A stretch of 42,255 nt of DNA from Octopus sinensis (lineage: Eukaryota), in assembly GCF_006345805.1 (NCBI RefSeq), contig NW_021835180.1:1-42255 (forward strand), in the 5' to 3' direction. Below, in pieces: positions 22,001-35,345 of this stretch. Below the pieces are notes generated by a model that ran no database searches, had not been told where the DNA came from, and was given only the letters and a program-made list of their open reading frames with translations. Positions within the stretch are counted from its first letter, which is position 1. Each line of letters begins with the position of its first letter. A program made the position numbers and the translations under genes.

Positions 22001-22864
22001 ATTATAATCACTTGTTAGGGTTTTCTTCTACATATTTTCTAAAGAAATTATAGCCAACTCTGACTTTTGTTACGACGTTTCGTATCCGAGACGCCTGATA
22101 TAAACAAACAATGAGAACGGAGATGAAAAATGGGTAATAGACGTATATACCATATTTCAGTAGCTTTTGCTCTTTCATCATTCAGCCCAGTCAACCCATT
22201 AATCCTCCACGAACACATTGCTTAAACAGCCACAATATTTAGCGGTATAAGCTTTCTGAATATACCAATTGTACATACCAAACGCATTCCCTGAAGCTGG
22301 TACGTAAATACTGATGACCTGTAGGGACACCGCATTTTGTTATGCAACCATAATATACGAGGAAGTATATTAAACCTACTTATAAGCCAAAACTGTGTCC
22401 TGCTGTGTTAACAGTACTCTTACATCACTTGTTACATAATAGTGATGATAGAATTACAGCCAGACGAAGGTCATTCACAGACACACCAACGGACCCATGG
22501 AAGCTGATGACTTTCAGCTCTTTATTTGCTCATCTAAGAAAAAGGTACCTGTGTATAAATCCTACCTCCTGATAACTACTAGGCTTGTGACACTTGTTGC
22601 ACCAGATCAATAGAAGTTTGAAGGACGAGCGAGTGGGACAGGCTCAGCACAAACCATGCCCACTGTAATAATAAAGCTCCGCTACCTTGTAGGGTAATGT
22701 AGTGAGAGTGAACAAAAATAGATGAAGGAGAAAACCCAACAGAAAATCGGGAGGGAAGGATCCTAAAGCACGTTTAAAGGGTTATACTTAACAAAAATCT
22801 GTCGACACTTGCGGAATCATTGATGCTGTGGCGACATTGATGCTGCGCCAACATGGATGCTGCG

Positions 22865-23070
22865 AAAGTATTTGTTTCTTTATTACCCACAAGGGGCTAA
22901 ACATAGAGGGGACAAACAAGGACAGACAAACGGATTAAGTCGATTACATCGACCCCGAAAGGATGAAAGGCAAAGTCGACCTCGGCGGAATTTGAACTCA
23001 GAACGTAACGGCAGACGAAATACGGCTACGCATTTCGCCCGCTGAGGATTCTGCCATCTCGCCACCTTGA
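22865..23070 (-). mobile_element. SINE family A (alternative tail type)
   Basis: tttctttattacccacaaggggctaaacatagaggggac... matches the 36540-36905 tails. Confidence 0.9.
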
Positions 23071-23504
23071 TTTACATTATATGAATATGGACATTATATT
23101 AAGGTCACAAGTGACTGCGGTACAATCAGACAAAATGGCTACTTGTAATTTAAAAAATGCCAGTCTTATCACAGACAGTTTCTTTCACACCAATATATGG
23201 TTCAATATACAAGTGTCTGCGGAGCGCTCAGTGACTCATACAATGAGTAGGTGGTTCAGTTAATTGCACAATTGGAATAATCATCGTCGATATTGACGGA
23301 GGATTCATTTACTTTTCTGTTCTTTTATTTTTTACTGTTTGTGAGGCTTAAAAATGTTAACGTCTCGTCTGAGCACACCCGAGGGTATTATTGTTTCTTC
23401 TTTTTAATGGATTTGTGCTTAGCACCGTATAGTTCCACATCATGAAGGGATTGAAAAATAAATTTTAACATCTTTCATATTCTGGGATAGAAACCTGGTC
23501 AATT

Positions 23505-23535
23505 ATCACCTGGGGGAAATATACCCCCAGGTGAT
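23505..23535. other. Perfect 12-bp GC-rich hairpin
   Basis: atcacctggggg-aaatata-cccccaggtgat. Confidence 0.9.
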
Positions 23536-24790
23536 CTGGTGATCTGGTATCTATTTCTGACAGATAGGTGAATTGAGTGATGAAATGTGGTCTCATACAG
23601 AACAAACCCACATTCCTTTTGTTTCTATTCATTACAGACATCTCGTTGAATTGAGAATAAAGTGTTCCATTCCACAACATACAAACAAATAAATAAAATA
23701 ATTAAATAAGATAAAAACAACAAATATAACCGGATTGAACTCGCAACTATGAATAGGTTTTTTCTTCTCACTTTATACAGTCAGCTATCTTTAGTTTACT
23801 ACACTGGGTCGTTTTCGAAATGGTATTAGATTTTTTTTTCAGAGATAAATGGTGGAAATTTCTCTCAGTTTTTCTCTTACGTTTCTTTGAAGTCAAGCCT
23901 CTCAGTATATCAATCGAGCTGCTTCTCCTCTTCTCATTCTTATTTCGTAGGGAATAATTTAAGGATAAGTCGAGTGTTAGTTCTAACGGACGTGGCGGTG
24001 AGGTCGCAAAAATCGTATTGTGAATACATGATTTCCTATTCTGTCTAGCTACCACAACCTGAGATCCATCAATAACTAGTGAGCAGAATTTGGTTAAATA
24101 ATGGTGTATAAGCCTGTTTGTACAACTATTCTAGTTCTCAAGTTAGCGGTCTTAATCCGTCACTCGGTTTAGCATCACTACCACGTCATTAGATGCCCTT
24201 AGCGGAGACCTCTGTGGTGGAAGTATTCTAACATGGTCCAATGTCTGAGAATAACTTCCTTCCCTCTGAGTGTCTGGGAGTCTCTGTATATAAGGTCACG
24301 AGAAAAAATTTAAAACGAAAGAAACATTAAAACGTCTCATGTCATGTAAGTCGGCGGCGAATCAGTGAAGCCAAAACAGCTGCGCCAAAACGTCTAAAGC
24401 TGAAAATAAATAATTTTGTCGTCAAAATATTTCTACATAGCGCGTTATAACACCTTTGACCCATAGCTTATTCAATGCCCATTGTCTACCTTTAGCATAA
24501 TCCTCACAAACACGCATCTGCGCGTGTATGAGTTTTTTTTCTAAATGTAGGTATGAATATATACGCGTTTATACACATTCACATGCATATACAGAGGAGA
24601 ATTTACACAAATATATATCTATACATAGAAACACCGAAAAACACAAATAGGCATAAACACACACACATTTGTATCTGTAACAATATATATGTATGTATTT
24701 ATGTATGTTTATATGTATATATATGTATGAGAGAGAGAGAGAGTGATATATATCACTCTCTCTCTCTCTCTCTATCTATCTATCTATATC

Positions 24791-24866
<76 letters not shown>

Positions 24867-25106
24867 CATCCATCTGTCTGCCTGCCTGCATGCCTGTCTG
24901 TCTGTCTGCCTGCCTATTTATCTATCTATCTCTAGTTATATAAGCATTTATACATGGATATATGTATGTAAGTATAAACACACACACGCAGGCACGCACG
25001 CGCACAGACACATACACACATATGTACCTATATATGTGTGTATGCGTATATATATGTATAATATATATATATATATATTATATATATATGTGTGTGTGTT
25101 TGTGTT

Positions 25107-25139
<33 letters not shown>

Positions 25140-25223
25140 GTATATGCAAGAGCTCGCTTCGTAGATTAGGTAGATGTATATCTATGTGTTATGAAGTGTG
25201 TGTGTGTGTCTGTGTGCGTGCGT

Positions 25224-25258
<35 letters not shown>

Positions 25259-25489
25259 CGAGTGTGTGTGTGTGTACCTGATGCTGAAACTTATAAAACC
25301 ACTCTCGAAGAATGACAGTTCTAATCGCCAAGAATCTGACTAATAATAAAATCTTAATCTGGTGACAATGTCTGCGAATGCGTAGACACCAAGATTGGAG
25401 GAGAAGCGGGGCGCGGGGGCGCAGGATGGTGGTGGTGAGTGGTTGCCATCTTTAAAAGCCTAGTGACTGTAACCTATACACATCCTAAA

Positions 25490-25800
25490 TGTTGTTGTTG
25501 TTGTTGTTGATGAAGATGATGATGATGACGATGACGATGGTGTCTATGGTGAGGATGACGAAAATGGTGATTACGCCAATGATGAAGAATATAATAATGA
25601 TGCTAGTAGTGGTGGTAGTTATGACAGCGATGATATTAGTATGATGACGATGACGATGACAGCGACGATGACGATGACGATGACGATGACAGCGATGAGA
25701 GCTAACACGATGATGATGACGTCGATGAGAGCTAACGCGATGACGACGACGACGATGACGACGAAGATGATGACGACGACGATGATGATGACAAAATTTA
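25490..25800. repeat. Compound (GTT/GAT/GAC)n trinucleotide tract
   Basis: Direct inspection. Confidence 0.95.
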
Positions 25801-25827
25801 TCATGTTTACTCTCAACCGATATATAT

Positions 25828-25870
<43 letters not shown>

Positions 25871-25904
25871 TATATATATATGTATATATAATACTTTACC
25901 ATAT

Positions 25905-26015
25905 ATGGGCTCTAGGCTATAGTAGAAGACACTTGCCCAAGGTGCCACGTAGTGGGATTCAACCTGGGACCATGTGGTTGAGAAGGAAGCTTCTTACCAC
26001 ATAGCTTCGCCCATG
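25905..26015 (-). mobile_element. SINE family B head fragment
   Basis: ggctatagtagaagacacttgcccaaggtgccacg...cttcttaccaca. Confidence 0.85.
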
Positions 26016-26231
26016 TATATATATATATGTATGTATACACACACATAAACATATATATATATATATATAATTAGGGCTTAGTAAAATAAATTACTTTGCC
26101 ACATACTGAACTTAGTAGAAATAGCAGCCCCCAAAAAAATTTTTTTAGCCATTTCTACTACTTCGCTTAAATGGTCCTTTTACATACTGAACACTTGGTG
26201 AAATTGATTAATTAATTTTACCCTCAATTGT

Positions 26232-26304
<73 letters not shown>

Positions 26305-26919
26305 TGTGTGTGTGTATTTAATTTTTTACTTGCTTCAGTCATTACACTGCGGCCATCCCTGCAACGCTCAACAACCGATAGACTAAGTACTAGGCTTAGA
26401 AAAAGAGGCACACCATATTCAGTTACATCGGCTAAACACTTGAAGTGGGGTGCCACAGCATGGCCGAAGCCCAGTAGCTAAAACAAGTAAATATATAAAA
26501 GTTTATTGAGTTCGGATACAATACGACTTGTCTCAATAGGGAAGATTTCTTTTTTTATTCGACTACGTTTGATACATATCCCTTATGATCGATAGCTTGT
26601 AAAATATAATTTATACTATTTTTCCATTCCTAATCGCATCACATTGCTTCAAAATTCGTGTTCGATTTCACATATTACAATGCTTCGAGTTTACCTCACA
26701 CAGTTTAACTATATCACTTCGAACAGTGTAAAGGTGAACAAAGCGGTTAAAAGGAAGTTCATAGTGTCATTTGGCTGCTATTATCAACATTTTACCGAGA
26801 AAAATGATTCGAATTTCCCACGGTGAATATGCTATCATTTGTTGTATTTCATGTATAGATGGAAACAGTGTTTCATGATAAAGTTATACTACTCTGCTAT
26901 GTTTAATCAATCAACGCAG

Positions 26920-26935
26920 ATGGCTTGTGGGGATT
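26920..26935 (+). CDS. Candidate 16-nt microexon (xDGLWG)
   Basis: aatcaacgCAG|ATGGCTTGTGGGGATT|GTAAGA. Phase 1 to 2, compatible with 29035-29087. Confidence 0.3.
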
Positions 26936-27227
26936 GTAAGACAGACTACCAACAGACCAGAGAATATTTATTTTTTTAAAAATGTTTATAGATTTCGAGC
27001 CTATCTGACCCTATCTCACTACCACTATATTCAACTGTATATTTGATATATTTGATAAAGATCAGTTGTGATCGAAATATGATGTACAAAAAAGATTTTA
27101 TAATGAAATTCTGTATTGAAAATCACAAAGTCACGACTGTAGAGAATGTCTTGATATATAAATATATGTGTATGTATGTTAGTGTGTGTGTGTGTGTGAG
27201 TATGTTCATACATATATATATGTATAC

Positions 27228-27244
27228 ATATATACATATATATG

Positions 27245-27277
<33 letters not shown>

Positions 27278-27585
27278 ATATACACACACATATATAAGTA
27301 TGTAAATGTATATGTATATATATATATATATTTATATATGCATATATGTATGTGTTGTATATACAATTTACATATATATTATATGCGTTAATATACTTGT
27401 ATAAATATATGCATATTATGTTTGTATCTACACATATTTATCTGCACAGAGACAAAAGCGTCTAGGCAGACGAACAGACAGACACATATAAACACTCACA
27501 CACACACACATGCACACGCATACACAAACACACACACATACATACATACATACATACATACATAATACATACATATAATAATATA

Positions 27586-27637
<52 letters not shown>

Positions 27638-27676
27638 ATATATAATATATATATATATATATGTATACATATATAC

Positions 27677-27708
<32 letters not shown>

Positions 27709-28003
27709 ATATACACACACATATATAAGTATGTTAATGTATATGTATATATATATATATTTATATATGCATATATGTATGTGTTGTATATACAATTTAC
27801 ATATATATTATATGCGTTAATATACTTGTATAAATATATGCATATTATGTTTGTATCTACACATATTTATCTGCACAGAGACAAAAGCGGCTAGGCAGAC
27901 GAACAGACAGACACATATAAACACTCACACACACACACATGCACACGCATACACAAACACACACACATACATACATACATACATACATACATACATACAT
28001 ACA

Positions 28004-28030
<27 letters not shown>
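27228..28030. repeat. Tandem duplication, period about 429 bp
   Basis: gacaaaagcg at 27451 and 27880. The non-microsatellite cores are near-identical (2 substitutions noted). Confidence 0.92.
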
Positions 28031-28039
<9 letters not shown>

Positions 28040-28439
28040 TATATAATATATATATATAAATAATGACAAACAGTTAGTTACTTTGTTAGATAGATAGATA
28101 GACAGACAGATAGATTGCAAAATAGATAAATAGATAGATAGACAGGCAGATAGCAAAATAGATAGACAGATATGTAGATAGATAGGTAGATAGGTAGGTA
28201 AATATGGTCAAAGGTTTAAGAATCAGTTTAGTTGTGACGAGATATTATCGACCATAGGATATGAGACGTCATATTTCATATATAAGATAATAATCATTTC
28301 GAACATTAGATGTTAGTCTTAGACATGACTGCAGTGTTGTACAACCTTTCTGAAGATAGACTTGTATATATAAACACACACATACATGTATATGTAAATA
28401 TGTGTTGTTATGTTATAATAAAACAATTTTCCACTAAAT

Positions 28440-28492
28440 GGAAGATTTTTTCTTTTACTGAAATCCAGGAACTTTTCAGCAACCCGCCGTAT
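28440..28492 (-). mobile_element. Solo Tc1/mariner-like terminal inverted repeat fragment
   Basis: Minus strand TA-CGGCGGGTTGCTGAAAAGTTCCTGG resembles mariner TIRs of the TA-CGAGGGG.TGCTGAAAAGTTCC type. No partner TIR found. Confidence 0.5.
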
Positions 28493-29034
28493 GTATATTT
28501 AAGTGTGTCATCTGTAGGTCATAAGGTGTGTTTGTTTGTCTGCATTACCAGATTCGATAGAGTGTAGTGGAAAATGTTTTGCAGTGTTGGTTCTTGCTCC
28601 CTACACTACAAGTTCAAATAACTTCTTTCTCAAATTCATATATTTATATCCAAGTTTATACGCGTTTCCTCGGTATTTTTCTATAGTCTCTCTCTCTCTC
28701 TTTACAGAGCCAAACAGTTCAATTTTTTGGAGTATAGAACACGTTTTGGCATTATTTGACATAAAGGAACTCCACTTCTTAGAATGTATTGTCATTTGCA
28801 CTCAGTCTTGTTTATTTTGATACCACAAAATATAGCTCATTCACATATACGAAAATCATACATGCATAGGTATATATTTCGTTATTTTGTTATTTCCTTT
28901 CAAAGTATAAAAACTTCGGCGAGTATTGTACCTTTTCTTTTCGACTAACGATTTTCATCAGTTTGTCATTCGAGCAATTTATTTCTCTATGAATATCTTT
29001 GAACTAATTCATCTTTTGGTCAATATGATTTCAG

Positions 29035-29087
29035 CGAATGTGTATGCGATGGATATATTTTCGATAAATATTGCCTAACAGCCATTG
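29035..29087 (+). CDS. Candidate 53-nt exon with EGF-like C-x-C-x8-C
   Basis: atttCAG|...G|GTATGT. Only one frame is open: ECVCDGYIFDKYCLTAI. Confidence 0.4.
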
Positions 29088-29216
29088 GTATGTGAAGTTA
29101 GAATCTTTTGCGTTCAATATTGAACTGGAGAAGAAGGAATTAAAAAAAAAGAAAAATTAATGAATAAACGATTGAGTTTCTTCTTACATACATTTCTATT
29201 GTTGAATAAACCGTAG

Positions 29217-29246
29217 TTCGATCTTTGACCTGCCGACATCAACAAC
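29217..29246 (+). CDS. Candidate 30-nt phase 1-1 microexon (VRSLTCRHQQ)
   Basis: ccgTAG|...C|GTAAGA, 129 nt after the previous donor. Confidence 0.3.
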
Positions 29247-29313
29247 GTAAGACATTGATAGTTACTCTAATGTAAGCTGTGAAATCGCTCGTTCGGGAAA
29301 ATCCTGGACACAG

Positions 29314-29538
29314 TTACTCTTTACTCTTTTACTCTTTTACTCTTTACTTGTTTCAGTCATTTGACTGCGGCCATGCTGGAGCACCGCCTTTAGTCGAGCA
29401 AATCGACCCCGGAACTTATTCTTTGTAAGCCCAGTACTTATTCTATCGGTCTCTTTTGCCGAACCGCTAAGTGACGGGGACGTATACACACCAGCATCGG
29501 GTGGGGGGACACACACACACAAACACACACATACATAT

Positions 29539-29570
<32 letters not shown>

Positions 29571-29733
29571 CATATATACGACAGGCTTCTTTCAGTTTCC
29601 GTCTACCAAATCCACTCACAAGGCATTATTCGGCCCGAGGCTATAGCAGAAGACACTTGCCCAAGGTGCCACGCAGTGGGACTGAACTCGGAACCATGTG
29701 GTTGGTTAGCAAGCTACTTACCACACAGCCACT
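29314..29733 (-). mobile_element. SINE family B, well-preserved copy with (GAGTAAAA)n-type tail
   Basis: Complete head, internal microsatellite, body and short tandem-repeat tail. Confidence 0.92.
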
Positions 29734-29837
29734 ATTGACCAAAATTAGAGAATTAGTCGGTCTAGTTTCAATGATCTCCTGGGATTTAATCAGTGATCGA
29801 GTAACTACGAAGGCAAGGTGTTTGTATATATCTATGG

Positions 29838-30000
29838 ACGCAGGCGTGGCTCTGTGGTAAGATTCATGCTTCCTAACCACATAGTTCCGGGTTTAGTGAC
29901 TTTGCATGGCACCTTCGGCAAGTGTCTTTTACTATCGCTTCGGACCTACCAAAGCTTTGTGAATGAATTTGGTACACGGACTCTGAATGGTGATCGTCGT
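29838..30000 (+). mobile_element. SINE family B head, diverged
   Basis: gcaggcgtggctctgtggtaag...ggcaccttcggcaagtgtctt. Confidence 0.8.
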
Positions 30001-30469
30001 AAATATATATATAAGATCTTCAGAGATGTGTAACTTTATGCAACATTACCTGGGTGTTTTGTTATTGACAAAAGTAAACAATGCCTCCACGATTGTGACA
30101 TCTCTTAACTAGTTACATTTTGATTAAGTAATTTCTATTATACAACTAGTAATAATTTTTGCTGATGCAACGTACGTAGCATACTGTAACTAAATATTTT
30201 ATAAACAGTCACTCATTGTTTTTTTTTGTTTTTTTTTTTGCATTTTCTGCATGTATTCTGTGTCAAACCCAAACTTCAGATATATACCAAATGATACGTG
30301 TACAGTATTATGAACGGGAAAACACATGGCATTTTAAATACTGGTTATTTGTCATGCAATTTAAAGCTGAAATTTATTTATATATAAGCTCATATGCCCA
30401 CATCTATAATGTTACTTATATATATATATGTACATAATATATAAATCAACAAACTCCCCTCCTAGTCAG

Positions 30470-30509
30470 AATATAAATTTACACTTAATGCAATTAATAA
30501 CATTACCAA
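30470..30509 (+). CDS. Candidate 40-nt exon with fibronectin-III-like Y-x-F-x-L-x-A-x-N
   Basis: ctcctagtCAG|...AA|GTAAGT, reads (Q)YKFTLNAINNIT. Confidence 0.35.
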
Positions 30510-30972
30510 GTAAGTCTCTTGAAGTCTCTTGAACTTGTATGGTTGCCAGACAAAAGCAAGCGACAAACAAACTACATACGATGCATATTCAATCTCTAAA
30601 AGTAAAAGAGTGGGAAGATGCAAGTTTAGCGTGAAACACTTTACTGTAATTGTTATTTAAATTCCAGCGAAGTAGTTTGTATTTCATTGTTAAAAGAAGA
30701 ATTCTAAGAATGAAAAAGAGTAGATTTTATTACTCAAGAATGAAAAAGAGTAGGAGAACATACCGAGTTTTGTAACTCTCGCATGTAATTTCGTACTAAT
30801 ATAATTGGAATAAATAAACAAACAATCATAGACAGAGAAACCAAAGGGATACACCCCAAATTCCACACACACAATCATTTATATATACATACACACGTGT
30901 ATATATATATATATATATGAATATATACATACACACGTATATATATATACATATATATATATATATAATATA

Positions 30973-31007
<35 letters not shown>

Positions 31008-31008
31008 A

Positions 31009-31042
<34 letters not shown>

Positions 31043-31789
31043 TATCCATAAATATATATATAGATGAATGCATGCTTGTGCATATATGCTTGTGTATGTA
31101 TGTCTGTGCATGTATGCGTGTGTGTGTGTGTGTGTGTACGTACATACCATATCTGGATTAACAGTTTGGCAAACTAAGCACGTATTAATGGCACCAAGGG
31201 GAATGGAGGACCGAAGAACAGAAATATTCTTAATGTTAGATTCGCCATGGAGCAAATGGTGCATCTAAAATGCACATAATGATACACACTGTTATATGCA
31301 TGCATGCATACACATATTATACACATACATATACACACGCATACATAGATACATACATACATACAGATGTACATATATATATACACACATGCACACATAC
31401 ATACATACATGCATGTAGACATACATACATGCATGCATTCATGTATACATACATACACATGCACACACATGCATACATGCATGCCTGCATACATACAAAC
31501 ATACATATATACATATCTATACACACAAGCATGCAATTATATACATAAAAGCATACATACATTCATACAACCATACATACATATATACATACATACACAC
31601 ACACACACAATTATATACATACTTACGTTCAAACGTACATGCATATGCACATACACACACATACCTCATGCACACAATTATATACTTACATACGTGTATA
31701 CATGTACATACCCACAAATATCCACACAAGAAAATTCTTGACGTCAGCAACAACGATTATAATTTTGTTGTTAATATTATTATGGTATG

Positions 31790-32104
31790 AAGGCGCATGA
31801 CTCAGTGGTCAGAGCGTCGAACTTATATCCGTGAGGTTGTGAGTTCGAATCCCCGACCGGCTGAGCAAGATACTTTATTTCACGTTGCTCCAGTTCACTC
31901 AGTTGTAGAAATGAGTTGCGACGTCACAGATGCCAAGCTGTATCGGCCTTTGCCTTTCCTCTTGGATAACACTGGTGGCGTGGAGAGGGGAGGCCGGTAT
32001 GCATGGGCGACTGCTGGTCTTCCATAAACAACCTTGCCCGGACTTGTTCCTCGGAGGGTAACTTTCTAGGTGCAATCCCATTGGCATTCGTGACCGAAGG
32101 GGGT
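31790..32104 (+). mobile_element. SINE family C, with tRNA-like head
   Basis: ggcgcatgactcagtggtcagagcgtc...gagttcgaatcc plus the family C body. Confidence 0.9.
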
Positions 32105-32249
32105 ATCCGTTAATGAAGGGGTTAATGATGTAATTTGAAACTTTGGAATATATTCAAATTGGAAATCACTTATACAAATACATGATGTCCTGTTTTCATG
32201 TAGCCACTGCGTGTATGTTAACTTCTGAGAGGTGAAGAAAAAATAATAG

Positions 32250-32635
32250 CCCTTTTTACTGTAGGCAGAAAGCCTGAAATTTTGGAAGAAGGGGGTAGTC
32301 GATTACGTCGACCCCATTGCATAACTGGTATTAATTTTTTAATTTCGAAAGGATGAAAAGTAAAATCGACCTCGGGCTAAGCATTTTGCTCGGCGTGTTA
32401 ATAACTCTGCCAGTTCGCCGCCTACATAATAATATTTTCTACTATAGGCACAAGGCCTGAAATTTGTGGGAAGGGCTAGTCGATTACATTAAGTGGTACT
32501 TAATTTCTCGACCTCGAAAGTATGGAAGGCAAAGTCGACATCGGTGGAATTTGAACTCAAAACGTGAGGACGTGGAGAAATGCCGCTAAGCATTTTACCC
32601 GGCGTGCTAACGATTCTGCTAGCTCGCTGCCTACA
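32250..32635 (-). mobile_element. Two adjacent SINE family A copies
   Basis: Each starts ttttact(g/a)taggca(g/c)aa on + and ends ...cagctcgc(t/c)gcctacataata (about 32250-32430 and 32435-32635). Confidence 0.85.
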
Positions 32636-32687
32636 TAATAATAAAAAAAAAAAAAAAAATAATAATAATAATAATAATAATAATAGG

Positions 32688-32990
32688 TATATGGTTCAGT
32701 GGTTAGAGCGTCGAGCTTACGATCGGGAGGTTGTGAGTTCGATTCCCGGCCGGGCTGTGTGTTGTGTTCTTGAGCAAGACGCTATATTTCACGTTGCTCC
32801 AGCTCACTCAGTTGTAGAAATGAGTTGTGACGTCACAGGTGACAAGCTGTGTCAGCTTTTGCCTTTTCCTTGGAGGCTGGTATGTATGGGCGACTGCTGT
32901 TCTTCCATAAACTACCTTGCCCGGACTTGTGCTTCGGTGAGTAACTTTCTAGGTGCAATCCCATGGTCAATCATGACCGAAGGATGTCTC
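32688..32990 (+). mobile_element. SINE family C with internal deletion
   Basis: Aligns with 31790-32104. Confidence 0.9.
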
Positions 32991-33015
32991 CTCCAATAAC
33001 AATACACTTCTTAAG

Positions 33016-33305
33016 GACTTCCCTATCCAAACGCATCATGTCCTAGAGCGTAACAGACCAGATATCATGGTGTCTGAGTAGAAGGAACAGATTTGCTACA
33101 TAATTGATCTGTTCTGTCTATTTTATATAAGAATAAAGAAAGGGTTGTAGAAAAAGTGAGGTCGTACCAATGGTCATTGCTGGTTAGGAATGACGGGGAA
33201 GAAGTGGACTCAAGAAGTGGACACAAAAATTTGGACTGAAAAAGCCCATAGAAGATATGCATCTGAACTGCTTATTAGGAACTGTAAAGATCTTGTCGTT
33301 AAAGG
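33016..33305 (+). mobile_element. Decayed RLE (PD-D/ExK) endonuclease fragment of an R4/NeSL-like LINE
   Basis: DFPIQTHHVLERNRPDIMVSE*KEQICYIIDLFC ... CLLGTVKILS, the typical [WD]F.IQTD..I..NRPDI......C.IID pattern. Confidence 0.75.
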
Positions 33306-33389
33306 TTTATTATCCAAGAATAAACCCACCTAAATTTAATCATAGGAGTGTGATACAAAAAATTTTGAAATAGATAACAATAGAACACC

Positions 33390-33668
33390 TTATGTTATTT
33401 ACATTATTTACATTCGACGGATATTTGTCCTCATCTTGTTTGTTGCTAACACAACGTTTCGCTGATATACCCTCCAGCTTCTTCATGTGTCTTGGGGAAA
33501 TTTCGAACCTGGGTTCTCATTCCTAAGGTATTTTCGATGTTGTTGTTGTTGTTATTATTATTATTATTATTATTGTTGTTGTTGTTTAGGTCACTGCATG
33601 GAATCGAACTCGGAATCTTGGGGTTAGTAGCCCGTGCCCTTAGCCCCTACGCCATATGCCCGTGGGCA
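33390..33668 (-). mobile_element. Composite tRNA-head / Penelope-tail retroposon with a near-complete minimal hammerhead (33448-33491)
   Basis: Minus strand GACAC ATGAAGA A GCTG-gagggtatat-CAGC GAAAC GTT GTGTT. Second copy of 3202-3499. Confidence 0.8.
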
Positions 33669-33689
33669 TTAAGTTATTGTCTTTTATCT

Positions 33690-34030
33690 TTTATTCGTTT
33701 CAGTTGTGGCATTGTGGCCATGCCAAGCACAACTAAAAGTGATTTAGTCGAGCAAATCGATTCCAGTACTTATTTTTAAATACTAAATTCTATTTTTTTT
33801 TTGTTGCCAAACTGCTTATTTACAGAGACATAAACAAGCAAACACCGGTTGTCAAGCGGTGGGGATGGATCGACACAAACGCAAACACGAAGATACACAT
33901 ATACAACGGAATCTTCTACAACTTCTGTCTACCAAATGTACTCACAAAGCATTGGTAGATCCGGGGCTATAGTAGAAGACACTTGCTCAAGGTGCTACTC
34001 AGTGGGACCGAAACCGAAACCTTGTAATTG
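33690..34030 (-). mobile_element. SINE family B, diverged
   Basis: Tail, body and partial head. Confidence 0.75.
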
Positions 34031-34194
34031 TCGAACAAATGGACCTTAGTATTTATGACTTTTATGCTGAGTAGTTATTCTTTCATCACTTTTTGCCGAA
34101 CCGCAAATAGAGGGACATAAACAAAATAACACGCGGTAGTCACATGGTAGAGGACAAACACAATGACACACACGGATATTTGCATAAATATATA

Positions 34195-34352
34195 TGATGG
34201 GCTTCTTTGAGTTTCCTTCAGCTAAATCCACTCACAAGGCTTTAGTCGGCCCGAGGCTATAGTAAAAGACACATGCACAAGGTGGGCACGCAGTGGGACT
34301 GAACCCGGAAACATGTGGTTGGTAAGCAAGCTACTTAGCACATAGCCATGCC
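34195..34352 (-). mobile_element. SINE family B head
   Basis: Matches family B. Confidence 0.85.
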
Positions 34353-35345
34353 TGCTGCTCTAAATGATATTTTCGCGAGATAATATAGTTTTGGTGTTAA
34401 TTCAAAAGAGTCGGAAATATTTAATAAAAGACCTCTACCATTTGCAAAAAAAAAAAAAAAAAAAGCGAACGAATTTATCTGACAACTTATTACATGTTTA
34501 TTGCCATTCAGTGTTGAATAAATCAAATTTAAATAACAGGTTGTTATAGTCAGCATAGTTTAGGGCCTGGTTTAAATGAATTTGTAATTTATTATTTCAC
34601 ATTCAGCACTTATTATGCCTTAATATCTTGTCAGTTTAACAATAGAAGGATTTAGAGGAGCACCATTGTCAAGGCTTGTGCTTAGGGCCATCAGTTCTGA
34701 TTCTTACACACACACACACACACAGACACACAATCACACAAACTCACACAGACAGGCACAAATGCACACATTCTCTCATACCACCGTATTACTCATCCTG
34801 AGTTTATATAAACATCATCTGTTATTCATTGTTCACCTGACGTTAAACAGTGTAGTGTCAATTATCTACTCACACCTCACCTTGCTGTAAGTGTCGCCTC
34901 TTAAGTCTTAGTCTTCACTCACACTTCCACTCACCTGCCACTTCTTACGAATTACTCATACCTCACCTCATAGCCACCCTTCACGTGTCACTGTTTCCTG
35001 TTACTTCCACTAACACTCATTTATACCATTGCACCTGTTACACGTGCAACCATTTGTAAATTTCTTCTCTCTCTCTCTCTCTTTCTTGCACACATACATT
35101 AAGAGCTAACAAGGAACTCTACAAGTTCACTCTATCTAGGAAATAGCAAGCAAATCTCTTTCATATGATATCTTGCAAAGGAAGTGATACGCTGGATCAC
35201 GTAGTTCTGGTAAAAAGGGAGGTTGATCACGGCATTTGACGTGCTTTATAGATCTCATCGGTGAAATATATCCTGAATTAAATACACCAACAGGGCGACT
35301 CTTGGACAGTGCTTCTCAACTAGTTTTGTCTCTGGAATATTTTAA

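Noticed and set aside
22821-22866. Three 17-bp-period repeats of attgatgctg (similar short duplications at about 15160, 30515 and 30705)
   Set aside because: Ordinary slippage duplications.
23951-23997. 47-nt plus-strand exon candidate (NNLRISRVLVLTDVA) with strong splice signals
   Set aside because: The end phase (0) does not fit the downstream chain and no domain or partner exon was found. It is unresolved rather than disproved.
25360-25440. GC-rich patch with a GTGAGT donor reading NVCECVDTKIGG
   Set aside because: No good acceptor, and it merges into G-rich low complexity.
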